Below are positions 60,560 through 64,000 of a DNA stretch of 64,000 bases, one piece after another; within the stretch, counting starts at the first letter, position 1, and each line of letters opens with the position of its first letter. A program made the translations under genes and the position numbers. The notes beneath the pieces were generated by a model. That model searched no databases, had not been told where the DNA came from, and saw only the letters and a program-made list of their open reading frames with translations. The DNA is from Nitrospinota bacterium (GTDB lineage: Bacteria; UBA8248): the NCBI GenBank assembly GCA_036231405.1, contig JAZAHK010000006.1, positions 126,812 through 190,811 of the forward strand. Reading direction: 5' to 3'.

Positions 60560-61924
60560 TTAAGCAAACTCTTCGCAGATTGCTGCCATATATTTAGCGC
60601 CATCAATTAGATCTTCAACTTTTAAATTCTCATTCGCACTATGGGTTCTTGAAGTGATTCTCCCTACCCCAGTTGATGCCAATGGGATCCCTAAATGACG
60701 CAAAACTATATAACAAGGAGTGCTTCCATTCCCAAATGGGTTTATTTCTGCATCCTCCCCATATAGTCGTTGTGATGCCCTCATACATGCTTTTACTACA
60801 TCTGCTTCAGGATCACTTTTTGACGGATACGAACTAAACAATAGTTGCACTTTTATATCATCAAATCCATACTTTAATAAGTGCTTCTGTACACAGTCAC
60901 GGATTTTAATAGGATCTTGATCTGGCACTAGACGACAGTCAATCTTGACTCTTCCCCTTCCAGAAACAATCGTTTTAACTCCTTCCCCAATATATCCTGC
61001 ATCAAAACCTGCAACATTAAACGTTGGCTTCGTTAGATGTCTTCGAGGGAGTTCATCATTGTTCAAGTTCAGTAAAAATTTTCTTAGTTCAAATTTTTTC
61101 ACCCTGTCTTTACCATCGTATGGCTTAATTTTTTCTACTAATTCATTTTCTATTTCTGTCAGATCTAAAACATCATCATAAAAACCATCTACCAAAATAT
61201 TTTCATTTTCATCTTTCATCGATGCTAAAGCCCAAATTAATCTCCATGCCGCATTTTCATAAATTTGCCCAGATGAACTATGGAAATCTACATTGGCAGT
61301 TCTACAAGTTAACTCTAAATAACAAAGTCCTTTATTTCCAAGAGACAAAACTGGAATATCAACTCTCGTGGTATTATCTTCCCAAATGCAGCCGTCTGCG
61401 TTTAACAAATCTTTGTTATTAAGAACAAAACTTTCCAAAGAAGGGCTACCTATCTCTTCCTCTCCCTCAATTATATATTTTATGTTACAAGGGACCTCTC
61501 CTCTTACTGCCAGAAAAGCTTCAAATGCGGCAAGACGACTTATAATATTTCCTTTGTTATCGGTAGATCCGCGGGCAACGACATATTCTTCAACAATATT
61601 TGCTTCAAATGGTGGACTTGTCCATTCACTCTCTGGATCAGCAGGCTGAACATCATAATGATTATAAAAAAGAAGGGTTTTCTCTGAAGTGCCTTTTATA
61701 TTTGCGGTAACTATAGGATTTCCATCGGTTTCATTAATGGTCGGGGAAAGACCTGTTTCTTGAATTCTAGAGTGCAACAAATTAGCCATTTCCAATATTC
61801 CAACATTGGTTGTAGAAATACTCGGTTGTCTACAAAGCTCTTGTAGATTTTCAACTGTTTTTTCTACGTTATTTTCAATGTATTTAAGAACCTCTTGGAA
61901 ATCTTGCCCTTTAGCCACAATCAT
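60560..61924 (-). CDS. M20-family dipeptidase/metallohydrolase
   Basis: Contains LFYNHYDVQP and GSTDNKG metal-site motifs; the ORF is 454 aa. Confidence 0.75.
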   Translation of the reverse strand: MIVAKGQDFQEVLKYIENNVEKTVENLQELCRQPSISTTNVGILEMANLLHSRIQETGLSPTINETDGNPIVTANIKGTSEKTLLFYNHYDVQPADPESEWTSPPFEANIVEEYVVARGSTDNKGNIISRLAAFEAFLAVRGEVPCNIKYIIEGEEEIGSPSLESFVLNNKDLLNADGCIWEDNTTRVDIPVLSLGNKGLCYLELTCRTANVDFHSSSGQIYENAAWRLIWALASMKDENENILVDGFYDDVLDLTEIENELVEKIKPYDGKDRVKKFELRKFLLNLNNDELPRRHLTKPTFNVAGFDAGYIGEGVKTIVSGRGRVKIDCRLVPDQDPIKIRDCVQKHLLKYGFDDIKVQLLFSSYPSKSDPEADVVKACMRASQRLYGEDAEINPFGNGSTPCYIVLRHLGIPLASTGVGRITSRTHSANENLKVEDLIDGAKYMAAICEEFA

Positions 61925-61956
61925 CTCCTTTTTTTAATAGTGAAAATAAAGCTCAT

Positions 61957-61985
61957 GTACTTATTTGAAAATTTCAATAAGTACA
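61957..61985. promoter_or_regulatory. Perfect 9-bp inverted repeat GTACTTATT-N11-AATAAGTAC in a divergent promoter region
   Basis: Read from the sequence, between the M20 dipeptidase (minus) and the alpha/beta hydrolase (plus). Confidence 0.35.
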
Positions 61986-62044
61986 AGATAATATGAAAAA
62001 ATAATTTTATATGAAAATATTACTTCATAGCTTAGGAGATTAAA

Positions 62045-63220
62045 ATGCCTGAAGCACCAGCAAACACAAATTGGTTTACCTATTTTCCAAAAGATTATCG
62101 TTGGTCGGCTGCTATATGTGGGATGATTTCAGCAGCGAGATGGGGAGCATCTGAAATTGGAGAAGTCGATCAGGTAGGCAGAAAACTTGAAAAGCATCTT
62201 GGCAACGATAATGCTTGGTTTAGAGAATGGGTTAAAATGGCTGATAAAATCCGCGGACTTGGAATTGCTGCAGAAAGGAAAGGTTATAATCTTACAGCGG
62301 CAGAACATCATAAAAGAGCTTGTTCGTATTATCAGATGGCAGAACGATTTAGGACCCCAAAAGATAAAAAAGCATTAAATGCATATAGAAAAGGGATGGA
62401 CTCTTTTAAAAGATACACAAAGCTAATTGATCAACCAAAAATTGAATACGTAGAAGTTCCTTTTGAGGGGAAGAAGTCTCTTCCTGGCATGCTAGTACAC
62501 GCACAAAACACAAAGAAATCAAAACCTCCAGTTGTAGTTTTTTTTGATGGACTAGATGTGACAAAAGAACTGCAATATATGCGCGGTGTTGAGGATTTAG
62601 TCCGAAGGGGAATGAGCTGCTTAGTTATGGACGGTCCAGGTACGGGAGAGGCAATTCGTATGCGAAAAATTTATTTACGTCACGATTATGAAGTAGCTGG
62701 TTCTGCCGCTCTAGATTATTTAGAAACTAGGAAAGATGTAAATGCTAAAAAAGCTGCAATTATGGCAATAAGTCTTGGAGGATATTACGCTCCTCGAATT
62801 GCGAGCATAGAAAAAAGATATAAGGCTTGTGTAGCTTGGGGTGCAATTTGGGATTATTACGATACATGGAAGAAAAGAATAGATTCCGCTTACAAAACTG
62901 AACTTTCAGTTCCAGGCCACCACATTACATGGATTCTAAATACAAAAACTGTCGAAGAAGCTCTTAAAAAACTTGACCCATTTAGGCTTGATGGAGTCGT
63001 ACAAAAAATGAGATGCCCATTTCTACTTACACACGGGGCGGATGACAAACAACAACCTATGCACTATGCAAGATCATTGTTTAATGCGGTGGGCTCAAAA
63101 GACAAAACATTTAAAATCTTTACCGTAAAAGAAGGAGGGTCTCAACACTGTCAACGTGACAATCTTTCGATAGGGACAACTTACATTTACGATTGGCTTC
63201 AAGAAAAATTGAAAGCATAA
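62045..63220 (+). CDS. Alpha/beta hydrolase (2,6-dihydropseudooxynicotine-hydrolase-like family)
   Basis: RBS AGGAGA. N-terminus WFTYFPKDYRWSA and the nucleophile elbow AISLGGYYA; the ORF is 391 aa. Confidence 0.7.
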   Translation: MPEAPANTNWFTYFPKDYRWSAAICGMISAARWGASEIGEVDQVGRKLEKHLGNDNAWFREWVKMADKIRGLGIAAERKGYNLTAAEHHKRACSYYQMAERFRTPKDKKALNAYRKGMDSFKRYTKLIDQPKIEYVEVPFEGKKSLPGMLVHAQNTKKSKPPVVVFFDGLDVTKELQYMRGVEDLVRRGMSCLVMDGPGTGEAIRMRKIYLRHDYEVAGSAALDYLETRKDVNAKKAAIMAISLGGYYAPRIASIEKRYKACVAWGAIWDYYDTWKKRIDSAYKTELSVPGHHITWILNTKTVEEALKKLDPFRLDGVVQKMRCPFLLTHGADDKQQPMHYARSLFNAVGSKDKTFKIFTVKEGGSQHCQRDNLSIGTTYIYDWLQEKLKA

Positions 63221-63251
63221 ATCATAATTCTATTTCTAAGGAGTGAATTAA

Positions 63252-64000
63252 ATGAACGCGGTTAAAAAAGCTCCATGGTTCGCATATTTTCCTGAAGATT
63301 ATAGATGGTCTGCAGCAGTAAGTATTACGTATTCATGCTCATATTGGGGTGCGTCCACAATGGGCGAAATTCACAGCGCATGTAAAAATTTACATAACAA
63401 ATTAGGAAACGATAATGCCTGGTTTCGTGAATGGATAAAACTGGCCGACCGAATTCGTGGTTTAGGGCTAGATGCAGAAAAAAAGAAAAACAATTTAACC
63501 GCAGCAGCATTCCACAAAAGAGCCTGCATGTACTATCAGATTGGAGAGCGTTTTAGAACTCCTAAAGATGTAATGGCAAATGCCGCATATAGAAAATCAA
63601 TCGATTCCTTCAAGCGTTATGCCAAACTAGTAGGGTCTCCAAAAATAGAGCATGTAGAAATTCCCTTTGAGAACAATAAAAAATTGCCTGCTATTTTCAT
63701 ACACGCACAAAACACAAGAAAAAAAAGACCCCCTGTAGTCGTATCCTTTGATGGTTTTGATATTTCTAAAGAAATACAATATCTGCTTGGTGTTGAGGAT
63801 TTAGTAAAACGCGGAATAAGCGTTCTTGCTGTAGATGCTCCAGGAAACGGGGAGACTATTCGTTTTCGAAACCTTTATCTTAGACATGACCATGAGGTAG
63901 CAGGTTCTGCAGCTATCGATTACTTAGAAAAAAGAAAAGATGTAGACCCTAAAAAAGTAGGCGTAATGGCAATCAGTTTAGGAGGCTACTATGCTCCCAG
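63252..64000 (+). CDS. Alpha/beta hydrolase, tandem paralog of the preceding gene (3' end beyond window)
   Basis: RBS AAGGAG. Roughly half of positions match the preceding gene by eye, including AISLGGYYAP. Confidence 0.7.
   Translation, partial: MNAVKKAPWFAYFPEDYRWSAAVSITYSCSYWGASTMGEIHSACKNLHNKLGNDNAWFREWIKLADRIRGLGLDAEKKKNNLTAAAFHKRACMYYQIGERFRTPKDVMANAAYRKSIDSFKRYAKLVGSPKIEHVEIPFENNKKLPAIFIHAQNTRKKRPPVVVSFDGFDISKEIQYLLGVEDLVKRGISVLAVDAPGNGETIRFRNLYLRHDHEVAGSAAIDYLEKRKDVDPKKVGVMAISLGGYYAP

Overview
This is an AT-rich (about one-third GC by eye), very gene-dense 64-kb window. It looks like core chromosome of a Gram-negative (diderm) bacterium. It contains no rRNA, tRNA, CRISPR, integrase, transposase or obvious prophage genes.

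Major blocks, in order along the window:
- (i) The 5' part of a molybdopterin xanthine-dehydrogenase/aldehyde-oxidase family large subunit, running off the window start. It is followed by a PAC2-family protein, two luciferase-like (LLM) flavin oxidoreductases and a BON-domain lipoprotein.
- (ii) An amidase convergent with glyA. glyA lies at the end of a tungsten aldehyde:ferredoxin oxidoreductase cluster of the multi-subunit bacterial type: 4x[4Fe-4S] ferredoxin, FAD oxidoreductase, AOR and a MoaD-like protein.
- (iii) Two DMT/EamA membrane proteins divergent from a GDP-sugar/glycan cluster: gmd, an SDR epimerase/reductase, a GT4 glycosyltransferase, a NUDIX hydrolase, a pseudo-histidine-kinase-like hypothetical and an Ldh_2-family dehydrogenase.
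- (iv) Two tandem CNNM/CorC-type CBS proteins, then galU and ligA.
- (v) A complete Tol-Pal cluster, tolQ-tolR-tolA-tolB-pal-ybgF(cpoB). Here tolA is interrupted by a single in-frame TAG, and pal carries a perfect 9-bp x7 tandem repeat.
- (vi) A peptidoglycan / amino-sugar recycling neighbourhood:
  - M20D amidohydrolase, Slt lytic transglycosylase, anmK and an M20 peptidase;
  - a membrane TPR protein;
  - D-aminoacylase, nagA and a hypothetical;
  - a signal-peptide-less DctP-like binding protein.
- (vii) bioD, an MFS transporter, a eukaryote-type class I FBP aldolase, class I FBPase, an OmpA lipoprotein, an MBL hydrolase and a zinc-ribbon NUDIX.
- (viii) An extremely AT-rich promoter region, then a GAF-GAF-degenerate-GGDEF-like protein translationally coupled to an orphan mreB.
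- (ix) An ECF-like sigma factor with a C-terminal extension, scoAB CoA-transferase, an APC permease fused to tandem UspA domains, a CDO-like cupin, hsp20, a cupin, an M20 dipeptidase and two tandem paralogous alpha/beta hydrolases (the second truncated by the window end).

No canonical defence or mobile system is evident. The most unusual items are the in-frame stop in tolA, the orphan cytoplasmic DctP-like protein, the pseudo-kinase next to a NUDIX, and the GAF/GGDEF-like gene coupled to a stand-alone mreB. All functional calls are by eye from the translated sequence without database searches.
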